From Balanoglossus misakiensis (taxonomy: Eukaryota; Animalia; Hemichordata): a DNA stretch of 64,000 nt. Made by a program: the position numbers and the translations under genes. Positions 63,401 to 64,000 of the stretch are shown here, one piece after another. The stretch lies in the NCBI GenBank assembly GCA_040954595.2, contig CM082597.2, positions 124,001-188,000 on the forward strand. Direction: 5' to 3'. Each line of letters begins with the position of its first letter. Within the stretch, counting starts at the first letter, position 1. A model generated the notes under the pieces. That model made no database searches and had not been told where the DNA came from. It saw only the letters and a program-made list of their open reading frames with translations.

Positions 63401-63600
63401 TGTCACCTGGTGAATACTTCAAAAGAGCTGAGTTGGAAAGTCAGCGGTTTGAAATGGAAGCTTTGGAACGATCCATGACTGTTCCTAAAGAAAGACTGTC
63501 TCCTCGACGAAAGCATCGCAAGAAGCGGTCACGTGACTCTAAACGGAAACGAGACCGATCACCCGTTAATGAGAACGAGACTGAGGAAAGGACAAATTAA
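60448..63600 (+). CDS. Ig-superfamily receptor paralog C: signal peptide, 3 Ig (split V, C2, I), TM, RS/basic tail
   Basis: Exons 60448-60502 (MAQKPLSILLVVTTVITT), ~60847-61015, 61181-61314, 61565-61861, 62113-62401, 62641-62781, 62975-63600; probable non-coding exon 1 ending at 59185. The I domain is close to paralog B ('CSATGDPPVTSYYWQY..NNTDRRF..EKNMDGA' vs 'CNATGDPAVSGYRWSY..NSTDRRF..EKSMDDA'); tail 'KRSRSRSRRRRHKSRVIKHNVVSP'. Confidence 0.85.
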
Positions 63601-64000
63601 GAATAGACACTCTCAGTTGAAAGGTTTTTTCTACGCAGTTCAGTCACGGTCACTCACTGTGGAGTGACCGATGTTCAGTAAAACAGTGACACTTCATTGA
63701 AAAACACATCTCTCACACAGAATACGTTATAATAACATTAATTTTAACTCGTTGAAAATTGGTAGGACTGATCGTATGCAACATTCATTTTATGCACTTT
63801 TAGTAAATATTGTATAAAGATGCAATGCAACAGACGTGACATCAATCAACTCAACTCAACTCTCGGAGCCAATCTCGGAGTCTACCAAACTCTCGGAGCC
63901 AACAATAAATGGTCGCCGTAGAACGTCTTAAAATATCTCAAGTGCCAAATACTTATTTATTAGGCTTTAATTCAAAACACGTGTAAAAAATCATGAACAT

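Noticed and set aside
63856-63903. Short AACTCTCGGAGCCAA repeats near the window end
   Set aside because: Too short and truncated by the window to classify; possibly the start of a repeat element.
1-64000. tRNA, rRNA or other structured ncRNA genes; prokaryotic or viral systems
   Set aside because: None recognised by eye. A covariance-model search (tRNAscan-SE, Infernal/Rfam) was not possible, so small ncRNAs cannot be excluded.

Overview
AT-rich, intron-containing animal genomic DNA, most likely a marine invertebrate deuterostome such as a hemichordate or echinoderm (inferred from gene content and architecture, not proven). Most ORFs in the track are exon fragments or noise, so I assembled gene models by hand from GT-AG splice sites and phase continuity; exon limits may be off by a few nt. 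Gene order: 3' part of a divergent adhesion/secretin-class GPCR (+), SSUH2 (-), a ZDHHC3/7-type palmitoyltransferase (-) head-to-head with a single-pass protein carrying about 17 YxxV/I motifs that resembles PAG1/Cbp (+), a TRIM-NHL gene with a single coding exon (-), MRPL39 (-) head-to-head with CFAP45 (+), and three paralogous Ig-superfamily receptors (4, 6 and 3 Ig domains) whose cytoplasmic tails are Arg/Ser/Asp mixed-charge regions. Repeats include a 2-kb Harbinger-like non-autonomous element with telomeric tracts inserted in a splice donor, several hairpin elements and MITEs, and microsatellites. The best candidates for undescribed biology are the Ig-receptor cluster with SR/RD-like tails and the PAG-like adaptor with a potentially cleavable ectodomain that shares a promoter with a DHHC enzyme.
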